Shown here: one piece after another, positions 9,204-21,325 of the stretch
Layout: every line of letters begins with the position of its first letter
Numbering within the stretch: the first letter of the stretch is position 1
Assembly (NCBI GenBank): GCA_963708135.1
Contig: OY970192.1
Coordinates: forward strand, 3,008,001-3,072,000
DNA: 64,000 nt
Direction: 5' to 3'
DNA from: an uncultured Gemmatimonadales bacterium
GTDB taxonomy: Bacteria > Gemmatimonadota > Gemmatimonadetes > Longimicrobiales > RSA9
The notes under the pieces: generated by a model
The model's database searches: none
The model's input: the letters and a program-made list of their open reading frames with translations, nothing else
Told to the model about the DNA's origin: nothing
Position numbers and translations under genes: made by a program

Positions 9204-10993
9204 CCGTGCTGCGCCCCGAACATCGGGGAATGCACGGTCTTCAGCGTCTTCCCGCCGCCGAGGTACATGTGCACGCCACACGGCAGGCAGGGATCGAAGC
9301 TGCGCACCGTGCGCATGATGTCGATGCCCTTGAAGTCGTCCCTGCCGTTCTCCTCGAAGATGTGGAGTCCCTGTACCGCATCCTCGTAGGGCCCGGGCGT
9401 GCCGAAGGAGTCGCGCGGGCTGGCGTTCCAGGGCGTGGGGGGGTAGGGGTGGTAGTTGGCGATCTTGCGATCCCGGATGACCAGGTGGTGCGAGAGCACG
9501 CCGCGCACCGCCTCGTGGAAGCCGCAGCCGATCGCCTCGTCGGGGACCTCGAAGCCCTCGAACGTCTTGGTGCGGCCGGCGCGAATCTCGGCCATGGCCT
9601 TGTCATAGAAGAACAGCGCCATGGCGGCCGCGTAGCCGACGAAGTAGATGCGGGCGCGATCGCGCTCGATCGTGTTCGCCCACTGCGGCACCTTCCACTC
9701 GAAATCCATCTCGCCGAAGGCGGCGCTCCTCGGGAAGTGCATCTGCACGCTGTTGCCCGTGGCCTTCAGGAACGGCGTGTCCACCCGGCCGGCCAGCGCC
9801 GTGGCCCACAGCCTGGCCAGCGCGCCGCCGCCCGTCTCCAGCGGCAGGTGCTCGCCGTCGTGGAACCAGCGCGGGCTCATGACCCAGCTGTAGTTGCCGT
9901 CGAAGTTCCGCTTCTGCGGCTTGGGGATCGTGGTCTGGTTCCACGGGTGCCGCTTGTCCACGGGGTTGCCCAGCGGGTCGCGCTTCACGAACACCTCGCC
10001 CGAGTCCTGCCAGTCGTCGTAGAAGGAGCTGCCGAGCAGGATGCGGATGCCGAGGTTGATGTCGACCAGGCTGGTCGTGACCAGCTCGCCATCCACGACG
10101 ACGCCGGGCGTCACGTACATCTCGCGCCCCCACTCCGCCATGCTCTCGTACCTGTAGTCCGTGGCGTCGGGGTTCATGAAGGAGCCCCAGCAGCCGAGCA
10201 GCGTGCGCCGGCGGCCGACCTCCTCGTATCCCGGCAGGGCGTCGTAGAAGAAGTCGAAGATGTCGTCGTTGAGCGGGACCGCCTTCTTCACGAAGTCGAG
10301 CACGTGGATCAGCCGGGTGAAGTAGTCCGTGAAGACCTGCGGCGTGGCCACGGTCCCGACGCCGCCCGGGTAGAGCGTGGACGGGTGGACGTGGCGGCCC
10401 TCCATGAGGCAGAACATCTCGCGCGTGGTGCGCGAGAGCTGCAGCGCCTCCTTGTAGATGCTGCCCTCGAAGGGGTTGAAGGCGCGCATGATGTCGCCGA
10501 TGGTGCGGAAGCCGTGGATGTCGGCGTGCGGCGCGGCGGTGCTGTTGGCCTTGTCCAGCAGCGACGGATTGGTCTCCTTCACCATCTGCTCGCAGAAGTC
10601 CACGAAGACCAGGTTGTCCTGGAAGATCGTGTGGTCGAACATGTACTCCGCGGCCTCGCCCAGATTCATGATCCACTCGGCCAGCGGCGGCGGCTTCACG
10701 CCATAGGCCATGTTCTGCGCGTAGACCGAGCAGGTCGTGTGGTTGTCCCCGCAGATGCCGCAGATGCGGCTGGTGATGAAGCCCGCGTCGCGCGGGTCCT
10801 TCCCCTTCATGAACACGCTGTAGCCGCGGAACAGCGAGGACGTGCTCCTGCACTCCACGACCTCGTTGTTCGAGAAGTCGATCTTGGTGTAGATGCCGAG
10901 GTTGCCGATGATCCGCGTGATCGGGTCCCAGGCCATGTCCACCAGCTCGCCGCGCTCCGGCTTGATGATCTCGCTGTCCGTCGTCGTCGCCAT
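9200..10993 (-). CDS. hhyL: group 1h [NiFe]-hydrogenase large subunit
   Basis: L1 TSRICGICGDNH and L2 SFDPCLPCGVH signatures; WDPITRI N-terminus; 597 aa. Confidence 0.95.
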   Translation of the reverse strand: MATTTDSEIIKPERGELVDMAWDPITRIIGNLGIYTKIDFSNNEVVECRSTSSLFRGYSVFMKGKDPRDAGFITSRICGICGDNHTTCSVYAQNMAYGVKPPPLAEWIMNLGEAAEYMFDHTIFQDNLVFVDFCEQMVKETNPSLLDKANSTAAPHADIHGFRTIGDIMRAFNPFEGSIYKEALQLSRTTREMFCLMEGRHVHPSTLYPGGVGTVATPQVFTDYFTRLIHVLDFVKKAVPLNDDIFDFFYDALPGYEEVGRRRTLLGCWGSFMNPDATDYRYESMAEWGREMYVTPGVVVDGELVTTSLVDINLGIRILLGSSFYDDWQDSGEVFVKRDPLGNPVDKRHPWNQTTIPKPQKRNFDGNYSWVMSPRWFHDGEHLPLETGGGALARLWATALAGRVDTPFLKATGNSVQMHFPRSAAFGEMDFEWKVPQWANTIERDRARIYFVGYAAAMALFFYDKAMAEIRAGRTKTFEGFEVPDEAIGCGFHEAVRGVLSHHLVIRDRKIANYHPYPPTPWNASPRDSFGTPGPYEDAVQGLHIFEENGRDDFKGIDIMRTVRSFDPCLPCGVHMYLGGGKTLKTVHSPMFGAQHG

Positions 10994-11006
10994 CTCTTCG
11001 TCCTCC

Positions 11007-12059
<1,053 letters not shown>

Positions 12060-12153
12060 GCCGACCTCCCTTCGGTAAAGCAGAATCCCTGCGTGCTGCT
12101 CGCGGCCGCCCACGCCCACCCCACCCACACCCGCCGTTGCGCAGTCTCGCCGT

Positions 12154-12507
12154 TCACATCGGCACCGCCGCCTCCGTCTCCACCTCCAGCCAGTCGATGA
12201 GCAGCTCCTCCCCGCTCACGACCTCCACGTCCAGCGCGCCGCACGCGGCGCAGCGGAGCGGGAACTCCGGCTGCGCGCCCTCCACGCCGCAGGCGCGGCA
12301 GCGGCCCACGGCCTCCACGATCTCGATGCCCAGCGCCGCGCCCTCCGCCGGCGTGCCCTGCGCCACGAGCTCCCAGTTGAACTCCAGCGCGTCGGGGACC
12401 ACCGCGCGCAGCCGGCCGACCTGGAGCTGCACGTGCTTCACCCGCCGGCCCGCCGCGTGCCGCAGCACCGAGTCGATCACGCACTCCGCGAGCGCCAGCT
12501 CGTGCAT
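12154..12507 (-). CDS. hypA: hydrogenase nickel incorporation protein
   Basis: MHE N-terminus, two CxxC motifs, GEEL. Confidence 0.93.
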   Translation of the reverse strand: MHELALAECVIDSVLRHAAGRRVKHVQLQVGRLRAVVPDALEFNWELVAQGTPAEGAALGIEIVEAVGRCRACGVEGAQPEFPLRCAACGALDVEVVSGEELLIDWLEVETEAAVPM

Positions 12508-13601
12508 CAGCAGATCCTCGGCAGCGGGTCCCCGACCAGCAGGTCCATGATCCGCTTGCCGCCGAACCCGCTCTTCACCAGCACCATGCCGGGCGGGTCC
12601 GGGAGCACCTCCGCGATCTCCGCCGCCTCCTCGCACCCCCGCACGGCGCGCAGCGCGGCGACGGCCGCGTCCGCCGCCTCGGGCGCCACCACCACCACCA
12701 TCTTCCCCTCGTTGGCCACGTACATCGGGTCGATGCCGAGCAGCTCGCACGCGCCCGCCACCGCCGGGTGCAGCGGGATGCTGCTCTCGCGCACCTCCAT
12801 GGCCACGCCGGACGCGGTGGCCAGCTCGTTCAGCACGGAGGCCACTCCGCCGCGCGTCGCGTCGCGCATGCAGCGCAGCGAGGGGCCGACCGCCGCGAGG
12901 AGCGCATCCACGGCCGGCCAGAGCGAGCGGGTGTCCGACTCGATCGGCGCCTCCAGCTCGAACTCGCCGCGCGCCAGCATGATGGCCGTGCCGTGGTCGC
13001 CGATGCGGCCGGAGACGAGCACGCGGTCGCCGGCCCGGAGCGAGCCCGGCGAGAGGGTGGCCCGCGCGTCCACCCGGCCGAGCCCCGCGGTGCAGATGTA
13101 CATGCCGTCCGCGTGGCCGCGCTCGACCACCTTCGTGTCCCCGGCCACGATGGCCACGCCCGCTTCCGCGGCGGCGCGCGCCACCGCCTCGACCTCCGCC
13201 TCGAGTGCCTCCGCCTCGAGGCCCTCCTCGAGCACGAGCGAGAGGGTGAGCGCCAGCGGGCGGGCGCCCGCCACCGCCAGGTCGTTCACCGTGCCGTTCA
13301 CCGCCAGCTCGCCGATGGAGCCGCCCGGGAAGCGCAGCGGGCGCACCACGAAGCTGTCCGTGGTGAGCGCCAGGCCGAGCTCCTCGACGGTGAGGAGCCC
13401 GGCGTCGCCCATCTCGGATAGCGCATCGGAGGCGAACGCCGGCAGGAACAGCCCCTGGATCAGCGTCTGCGTCGCCTTGCCGCCCGCGCCGTGCGCCATG
13501 GTGATGCGCCCGTCGCGGAAACGCGGCGGCATCGAGCGCACCCGCGCGATCCTGGCCAGCGCCTCCCGCTCGCGCGCGTCCGCCTGCGCCGGCGCTCTCA
13601 T
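12507..13601 (-). CDS. hypE: carbamoyl dehydratase
   Basis: HGAGG, TDSFVV, GDTKVV, RDATRGG, ANEG and C-terminal PRIC. Confidence 0.95.
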   Translation of the reverse strand: MRAPAQADAREREALARIARVRSMPPRFRDGRITMAHGAGGKATQTLIQGLFLPAFASDALSEMGDAGLLTVEELGLALTTDSFVVRPLRFPGGSIGELAVNGTVNDLAVAGARPLALTLSLVLEEGLEAEALEAEVEAVARAAAEAGVAIVAGDTKVVERGHADGMYICTAGLGRVDARATLSPGSLRAGDRVLVSGRIGDHGTAIMLARGEFELEAPIESDTRSLWPAVDALLAAVGPSLRCMRDATRGGVASVLNELATASGVAMEVRESSIPLHPAVAGACELLGIDPMYVANEGKMVVVVAPEAADAAVAALRAVRGCEEAAEIAEVLPDPPGMVLVKSGFGGKRIMDLLVGDPLPRIC

Positions 13602-14716
13602 ACCACGGCCTCCCGCTGGCGGGCGAAGCGGCCGAAGTTGTAGTAGGCGGCGCACGCCCCCTCGCTCGAAACCATGCACGTGCCGATCGGGTGCTCCGGC
13701 GTGCACGCGGTGCCGAAGACCTTGCACTCCCACGGCTTGATCACGCCCTTCAGCACCTCCCCGCACTGACAGGCCTTCGGGTCGGCTACGCGCACGCCCG
13801 GCACCTCGTAGCGCGCCTCCGCGTCGAAGTCGCGAAACGCTTCCGTCAGCCGGAGCCCGCTCTGCGAGATGAAGCCGAGGCCGCGCCACTCGAAGTGCGG
13901 CCGCAGCTCGAACACCTGCGACATCACCCGCAGCGCCTGCGGGTTGCCGTCGTACGGCACCACCCGCGCGTACTGGTTCTCGACCGTGCAGCGGCCGTCG
14001 GCCAGCTGCCTGAGCACCATCGCCACCCCCTGCAGCAGGTCCAGCGGCTCGAAGCCCGAGACCACCACCGGCTTGCCGTACTCGCGCGGGATGAACTCGA
14101 AGGGACGCGCCCCGACCACCGTCGAGACGTGTCCCGGCCCGATGAAGCCGTCCAGCCGGAGGTCCGGGCTCTCCAGCAGCGCCCGGAGCGGCGGCAGGAT
14201 CGTGACGTGGTTGCAGAAGACGAAGAAGTTGTCGAGCCGCTCGGCGCGGGCCCGCAGCAGCGTGAGCGCCGTGGACGGCGCCGTCGTCTCGAAGCCGATG
14301 GCGAAGAACACCACCTCGCGGTCCGGGTTCTCCCGCGCGATCCGCAGCGCGTCCAGCGGCGAGTAGACCATGCGCACATCCGCCCCCGCGGCCTTGGCGT
14401 CCAGCAGGCTGCCCGAGCCGCCCGGCACGCGCATCATGTCGCCGAAGCAGGTGAAGATCACCTCCGGCCGCCGCGCCACCGCGATGCCGTCGTCCACCCG
14501 CCCCATCGGGATCACGCACACCGGGCAGCCGGGGCCGTGCACCAGCTCCACGTTGGCCGGCAGCAGGTCGTCCACCCCGTAGCGGTAGATCGTGTGCGTG
14601 TGCCCGCCGCACACCTCCATCACCTTGTAGTGGCGTCCCGGCTCCACGGTCGAGAGGATCGCCCGCGCCAGCGCCTGCCCCAACTCCGCGTCCCGGTATT
14701 CCTCCACGAACTTCAA
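13598..14716 (-). CDS. hypD: hydrogenase formation protein
   Basis: CGGH, GPGCPVC, GFETT, PGHVS and CMVSSEGAC; TTG start. Confidence 0.95.
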   Translation of the reverse strand: MKFVEEYRDAELGQALARAILSTVEPGRHYKVMEVCGGHTHTIYRYGVDDLLPANVELVHGPGCPVCVIPMGRVDDGIAVARRPEVIFTCFGDMMRVPGGSGSLLDAKAAGADVRMVYSPLDALRIARENPDREVVFFAIGFETTAPSTALTLLRARAERLDNFFVFCNHVTILPPLRALLESPDLRLDGFIGPGHVSTVVGARPFEFIPREYGKPVVVSGFEPLDLLQGVAMVLRQLADGRCTVENQYARVVPYDGNPQALRVMSQVFELRPHFEWRGLGFISQSGLRLTEAFRDFDAEARYEVPGVRVADPKACQCGEVLKGVIKPWECKVFGTACTPEHPIGTCMVSSEGACAAYYNFGRFARQREAVV

Positions 14717-15063
14717 GCGCCCACCTCCTCGGCCGCCACGAGCCTGAGCAGCGCCGCCCCCGCGTGCACCAGGAGCACGTCTCCCGGCACCACGCAGGCG
14801 ACGATGCCCGTCAGCACCTCGCTCTCCCGACCCTGCTCGTCCACGCAGCGCGCCAGCCCCTCGTCCGCCACCGCCAGCACTCGCATCGCCACACCCTCGT
14901 CCGAGCACGTGACGCAGTGGTCGCCGCAGCAGAGCGCCGGCCCCCGCGGCGCCAGCGGAAGCCACTCGCTCCCGCCCGGCGCGCTGCCGCCACCCCGCGC
15001 CGCGGCGGCACCCGGCCGGTGGCCGCCGAGCCCCGCGCCCCCCGCCCCGAGCCCCGCCATCAC
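14713..15063 (-). CDS. atypical second HypC/HybG/HupF-family protein
   Basis: C-terminal PGDVLLVHAGAAL; CCGDHCVTCSD instead of N-terminal MCLAIP. Confidence 0.65.
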   Translation of the reverse strand: MMAGLGAGGAGLGGHRPGAAAARGGGSAPGGSEWLPLAPRGPALCCGDHCVTCSDEGVAMRVLAVADEGLARCVDEQGRESEVLTGIVACVVPGDVLLVHAGAALLRLVAAEEVGA

Positions 15064-15338
15064 TCGATCACGCTGGCGCGAACCTCCACCACCTCCTGCT
15101 CGTACTCCGGGCCCATGCGCTGGAGCAGCTCCAGCGTGGCCGCCGCCTCCGCCTCATCCACCTTCGAGATCGCGAACCCCACGTGCACGAGCACCCAGTC
15201 GCCCGGGACGATCCCCCCGGACTCGCCGTCCAGCAGCCCCACGTTCACGTTCCGGTGCACCCCCGCGATGTCCACCTGCGCAAGACGACGTTCCTCGTCC
15301 ACGAGCTTCAGGACCCTGGCCGGAATGGCAAGACACAC
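15060..15338 (-). CDS. hypC: hydrogenase chaperone
   Basis: (M)CLAIP N-terminus from a GTG start; GDWVLVHVGFA. Confidence 0.92.
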   Translation of the reverse strand: MCLAIPARVLKLVDEERRLAQVDIAGVHRNVNVGLLDGESGGIVPGDWVLVHVGFAISKVDEAEAAATLELLQRMGPEYEQEVVEVRASVIE

Positions 15339-15671
15339 GAGAGCCCTCCTCGGGCGCGGAAGCACCGGAGGCCGGCGTTGCGCCGGCCGCGCCGCCTCCA
15401 TGAACGACGCGAGGCGGACACGCCCGTGGCGCGTCCGCCTCTTCACTTCCCGCCGGCCCGAAACGGGGGAGCCCCGCCTCTCGATCCGGCGTTCCCCGGC
15501 GACGCACGTTCGGTGCCCGCCCCGGGGAACCGCGCATCATGGGGACAATCCCCGGCAGCGCGGTGTCTACCCTTCAGTTAAGGAACGCTGACCGCGGGCA
15601 GCAAGGCGGCGGAAGGGGCCAGAGAGGTGGGGAAGAAGGCACTGTGCCCCGGCCCCTGCGCGGCGCCCCGC

Positions 15672-16835
15672 TCACGGCGCGAAGCTGCGCAGCTTCTGCA
15701 CGGCCCCCGCGTCCAGCGCCTTCAGCAGGTCCACGACGAGGTCGACCGTCTGGTCGAAGTCCTTCCTGTCCATGACGCCGTTGTGCGCGTGCGTGTAGCG
15801 AACGGGCACGACGATGTTCACGGTGGGCACGCCGCCGTTCGACTTCTGGATCTCGGCGGAGTCGTCGCCGTAGCCCTGGACGAGGTCGAGCTGAAGCGGG
15901 ATGTGGTGCGCGGCCGCGACCTGCTTCACCAGCTCGACGAACGCCTGGTTCGGCATCTGGGACGAGTCGTACAGGAACAGCCCGGGCCCGCCGCCGAGCC
16001 TGGCCTGCGTCTCCTCGGGGTGCGCGCCGGGTACGTCGCCGCTGACGCCGCCCTCGAGCGCGATGCCGACATCCGGCTTGATCACCTCGGATGCCGTGTG
16101 CGCGCCGCGCAGCCCCACCTCCTCCTGCACGGTGGCCGCGTAGAAGATGCGGTTCGGGTGCGCGTCGGCGGCCATGCGCCGCATGGCCTCGAGCAGCACG
16201 CCCATGCCGGCCCGATCATCCCACGCCTTGCCGAGGTAGCGGCCCGTGCCGTTCAGCTCCTGGAACGGCGCGTCCGGCACCACCGCATCGCCCGGCGCGA
16301 TCCCGAGCGCCGCCACGTCGGCGGCGGAGCGCGCGCCGACGTCGAGGAAGAGGCTGCCGCGGGCGAACACCCGCCCGCGCTCCTCGGCCGGCATGACGTG
16401 GATGTCGCGGATCCCCGTCACCGCGTGCACGGCGCCCTTCGAGCCGACGATCGTCCAGCGCTGGTCCACCAGCGCCTGGTCCAGCCAGCCGCCCAGCATC
16501 TGCATGCTCAAGAAACCGTCCGGCCGCACCCGCCGCACCATCCCGCCCAGCTCGTCCATGTGCGCACCCAGCATCACGCGCGGCCCGTCCGTGCCCTGCG
16601 TCGCGATCACCGAGCCGAGGCCGTCGTACTCGATGTGGCCCGCATACGGCTTCATGCGACCCACCACCAGCGCGCGCACCGGCCCCTCCAGCCCGGACGG
16701 GCCGGGCGCCTCCGAGAGCTCCCGGAGCAGCCCCAGCGTGGCGTCCTGCTGCGCCGCGAGCGGGAAGGAAGCGGGCGGGAGCGTCACGAGCAGCGCGAGC
16801 GCGAGGCCGGCGGCCGCGCGGAGCGGGACACGCAT
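15672..16835 (-). CDS. M42 family metallopeptidase with signal peptide
   Basis: AHMDE, GKAWDDR, QEEVG and RYTH motifs. Confidence 0.88.
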   Translation of the reverse strand: MRVPLRAAAGLALALLVTLPPASFPLAAQQDATLGLLRELSEAPGPSGLEGPVRALVVGRMKPYAGHIEYDGLGSVIATQGTDGPRVMLGAHMDELGGMVRRVRPDGFLSMQMLGGWLDQALVDQRWTIVGSKGAVHAVTGIRDIHVMPAEERGRVFARGSLFLDVGARSAADVAALGIAPGDAVVPDAPFQELNGTGRYLGKAWDDRAGMGVLLEAMRRMAADAHPNRIFYAATVQEEVGLRGAHTASEVIKPDVGIALEGGVSGDVPGAHPEETQARLGGGPGLFLYDSSQMPNQAFVELVKQVAAAHHIPLQLDLVQGYGDDSAEIQKSNGGVPTVNIVVPVRYTHAHNGVMDRKDFDQTVDLVVDLLKALDAGAVQKLRSFAP

Positions 16836-17049
16836 GGGTCGTCTCCAGTCGAGCGGGAAAGAAGGGGGAGCGCCGCCAAGCTAGGCCCGCGGCCGCCGCG
16901 CCGGCAAGCGCCGCGGCGGACCCCCGCACGCTGGCGTGCACAGCCGCGCCGTCGCCCGGCCGCAATGCTCTCCGCACGCGCGCGCTGCGTGCACCGCTCC
17001 GGCCCGTCCCCGGAGGCGCGGTTCAGGCACGGAAACTGCCTCTAAACCA

Positions 17050-17673
17050 ATGACTTACACGATCATGGACCTCGACAGGAGATCCGTCATGACACCTCAG
17101 GGCTGGGCGATCTTCATTGCGGTGCTCGTCGCCGCCATCATCATCGTGGCGCTGGTGGCCTGGGCCCTGGTCCGGGCGAGCCGACGCCGTCATCTTCGGG
17201 ACCGCTTCGGGCCGGAGTACGACCGGACCGTCGACGTCGCCGGGAGCCGCACGGACGCGGAGGAGGACCTCGAGCTCCGCGAGGAGCGCGTGAAGCGGCT
17301 CCGCATCCGGGCGCTCACGCCCGACGAGTCCGCGCACTTCCGCGCCGAGTGGCAGCGGGTGCAGGCGCGCTTCGTGGACGATCCGCTCGTCGCGACGGCC
17401 GAGGCCGACGACCTGGTGGGCGAGCTGCTGAGCACGCGCGGTTATCCCGTGGCCGATTTCGACCAGCGCGCCGCGGACGTCTCCGTCGACCACCCGCTCG
17501 TCGTCGAGCACTACCACGCGGCGCACGAGATCGCCGGCCGCAGCCGTCGCGGCGAGACCACGACGGAGGATCTGCGGCAGGCCCTGATCCACTACCGCGC
17601 GCTCTTCGACGAGCTGCTCGAGACCCGCACCGAGCGCCCCGAGTGGGTCGAGTCCCGGCGCCGCGTGTCCTGA
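17050..17673 (+). CDS. conserved membrane-anchored hypothetical protein
   Basis: N-terminal TM; RFGPEYDR, FVDDP and TEDLRQALIHYRALF; alternative start at 17089. Confidence 0.7.
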   Translation: MTYTIMDLDRRSVMTPQGWAIFIAVLVAAIIIVALVAWALVRASRRRHLRDRFGPEYDRTVDVAGSRTDAEEDLELREERVKRLRIRALTPDESAHFRAEWQRVQARFVDDPLVATAEADDLVGELLSTRGYPVADFDQRAADVSVDHPLVVEHYHAAHEIAGRSRRGETTTEDLRQALIHYRALFDELLETRTERPEWVESRRRVS

Positions 17674-17894
17674 CCGCCGACGCCACATCCGCGGACACCC
17701 CCGCCCCCCGCCCCCGCCCGACGCGGGGACGGGGGGCGACGTCCATCCCGTGATCGCGCGCCCGGCCCGCCCGCCACCCGGTCCCCGCCGTGGAACGCGG
17801 CGCCGCCCGTCCCCGCGTGTTCCGCCGGTCCCGCTCGTCGTGTTGCCCCGCGTCCCCGCGTCCGGGAGCCCGACTGCGGCGGCCTCCGGCGTCC

Positions 17895-18075
17895 ACGCAG
17901 CGAGCGATTTCTCGTAACCTCCGCCCTCCCGGCGAGCGCAATCCAGGTTCATCTCGCCAGGCGAGCGAGATCTCGTACGCGACACGCCCCGCACCCGACT
18001 CCTGCGAGATTCGTCCCGCCAGGCGAGCGAAACCTCGATCGCGAGCGTCGGGCCGGCACACACTGCGAGATTTCT
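17895..18075. repeat. degenerate ~61 bp tandem repeats (about 3 units) with internal palindromes
   Basis: GCGAGCGAnnnCTCG at 17900, 17961 and 18023; CGCCAGGCGAGCGA at 17955 and 18017; CTGCGAGATT at 18002 and 18063. Confidence 0.6.
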
Positions 18076-18214
18076 CTCGCCGCTTCTGCGAGAAACGAGC
18101 AACGCGACGCGGCCTGCAATCCGGCGCGTGTCTCACCCACCCGTGCCGATCTGGCATCTCCCGCCCCGCCCATCTATCCTGATCCGACCCTCTGCAACTG
18201 CACCCGGAGCCCGC

Positions 18215-19309
18215 ATGCCCGTGCCCCCGACGCCGGCCCCTCCCCCGCCCCACCAGGTCCGGCGCGCGGCCATCCTCCTCGCCCTTCCGCTCGCCCTGGC
18301 CTGCTCCGGCGGCGGAGCGGCGCGGCGCGCGGGCGGGACGGCGAGCGCCGATTCCGCGCGCAAGGACATCCGCATCATCGTCGTCACCCACGGGCAGTCC
18401 TCCGACCCGTTCTGGTCGGTGGTGGCCAACGGCGTCCGCGATGCCGCGCGCGACCTGGGCGTGCGCGCGGAGTACCAGGCGCCGCCGCGCTTCGACATGG
18501 TGGCCATGAGCCAGCTGATCGATGCGGCCGTTGCCTCGCGGCCGAGCGCGCTCGTGGTGTCGATCCCCGATCCGACCGCCCTCTCGCGCTCGATCCGCGC
18601 CGCGGTGGCCACCGGCATTCCGGTCGTTTCCATCAATTCCGGCGGAGACGTCTACCGGGGGCTCGGCGTCCTGCTGCACGTCGGGCAGAGCGAGCGGCAG
18701 GCGGGCGAGCTCGCGGGGGAGCGGCTCGCGGCGGCCGGGGCGAAGCACGTCCTGTGCGTGAACCACGAGGTCGGCAACGCGGCGCTCGACCGCCGCTGCG
18801 ACGGCCTGAAGCAGGCGCTCGCGGCGGCCGGCGGTACCACGCGCGTGCTGGCCGTTGACCTCGCCGACCCGGCCGACACGCAGCAGCGGATCGCCGGCGC
18901 CCTCGCCGCGGATCCCTCGATCGACGCCATCCTGACGCTCTCCGTCACGGCCGCCGAGCCGTCGCTCGCCGCGCTCCGGAGAGGCGGCGCCGGAACCGCC
19001 CCGGCTGGCTCCGGCGGCGCTGCCCCACAGGCGGGCGCCACTGATTCGGCCGGCGCCGCCGCGAGCGTGCGGCTGGCCACCTTCGACCTCTCGCCGCGCG
19101 TGCTCGAGGCCATCCGCGACGGCCGGATGCTCTTCGCCGTGGACCAGCAGCAGTACCTCCAGGGCTACCTGCCCGTGGTCCTGCTCACGAAATACCTGGA
19201 GACCGGGGCGCTCCCCGGCGCGGGCGGCATCATCCCGACCGGCCCCGGCTTCGTCACCAGGGCCGACGCCGCGCGCGTCATCGACCTGTCCCGGCGCGGG
19301 CTGCGCTAG
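18215..19309 (+). CDS. sugar ABC transporter substrate-binding lipoprotein (ribose/inositol-like)
   Basis: LALAC lipobox, THG..DPFW, INSG and DQQQYLQGY. Confidence 0.85.
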   Translation: MPVPPTPAPPPPHQVRRAAILLALPLALACSGGGAARRAGGTASADSARKDIRIIVVTHGQSSDPFWSVVANGVRDAARDLGVRAEYQAPPRFDMVAMSQLIDAAVASRPSALVVSIPDPTALSRSIRAAVATGIPVVSINSGGDVYRGLGVLLHVGQSERQAGELAGERLAAAGAKHVLCVNHEVGNAALDRRCDGLKQALAAAGGTTRVLAVDLADPADTQQRIAGALAADPSIDAILTLSVTAAEPSLAALRRGGAGTAPAGSGGAAPQAGATDSAGAAASVRLATFDLSPRVLEAIRDGRMLFAVDQQQYLQGYLPVVLLTKYLETGALPGAGGIIPTGPGFVTRADAARVIDLSRRGLR

Positions 19310-19315
19310 GCGACG

Positions 19316-20325
19316 ATGCCCGAGGCCGACCCCCGGCGCGCGCCGCCGCACCGTCGCCTGCTCCGCCATCCCGAGATCGGCGCCGCCGCCGGCGCGCTCC
19401 TCGTCTGGCTCCTGTTCGCCGTGGCGGCCGGCGCGCCGTTCCGCACGCTGCCCGGCACCGCCGCCGTGCTCGACGCCGCCGCGCCGCTCGGCATCCTCTC
19501 CGCCGCCGTGGCGCTGCTCATGGTCGGCGGCGAGTTCGACCTCTCCGTCGGCTCGACGATCGGCGCCGCCGGGATGGCGGTGATGCTGCTCACCACCCGC
19601 TTCGGCTGGGGCGTCTGGCCGGCCATGGCCGCGGCACTCGCGCTCGCCGCGCTGATCGGGCTCGCCAACGGCCTCCTCGTCGTCCGCACCGGACTGCCCT
19701 CCTTCCTCGTCACGCTCGGCACCCTCTTCATCGTGCGCGGGCTGACCATCGCCGGGACGCGGCTGCTCACGGGCCGGACCCAGCTCGGCGGGCTCGAGAG
19801 CGCGCGCGGCTTCGCCTCCGCCCGCCTGCTCCTCGGCAGCGAGCCCGCGCCCGGCTTCGACGTCGCGCTGCTCTGGTGGATCGCCGCCACCCTCGCCGGC
19901 GCCTGGGCGCTCCGCCGCACCCGCTTCGGCAACTGGGTGCTCGCCGCCGGCGGCGCCGAAAAGGCGGCGCGCGCCATGGGCGTTCCGGTGCGCCGCGTCA
20001 AGGTGGCCCTCTTCGTGGCGACGGCGCTCGCAGCCGCCCTCGTCGCCTTCCTCCAGGCCGTCCGCTACGGCGGCGCCGACGCGCTGCGCGGCGAGACGCA
20101 GGAGTTCCGCGCCATCGTCGCCGTGGTCATCGGTGGCACGCTGCTCACCGGCGGCTACGGCTCCGTCCTCGGTGCCGCCCTCGGCGCGCTGATCTACGGC
20201 ATGGTGCAGCAGGGGATCGTGATCACCGGCGTGGACGCCGACTGGTTCCAGGTCTTCCTCGGCGGCGTGCTGGTCGCCGCCGTCCTCTTCAACCGCTGGA
20301 TCCGCTCCCGCGCGCTGGAGGCCGC

Positions 20326-20329
<4 letters not shown>
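19316..20329 (+). CDS. sugar ABC transporter permease
   Basis: [17 protein letters not shown] and [13 protein letters not shown]; hydrophobic. Confidence 0.9.
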
Positions 20330-21132
<803 letters not shown>

Positions 21133-21325
21133 GCGGCTCCGGCCAACCGGCGTCCCACTCGGAGCACCACCCCGATTTTCTGTATACGCGCCCGGATACG
21201 CCCTTGCATCTCGACGCGCCCCGCGCAATCTTGCGCTCCGTACCGCGGCGCCCGCTGGCTCCCCCTCGCCGATCGGTTCCTCGCGCCACGACACGCACAC
21301 ATCCCTACCCGGCCGACGAGAGGTC

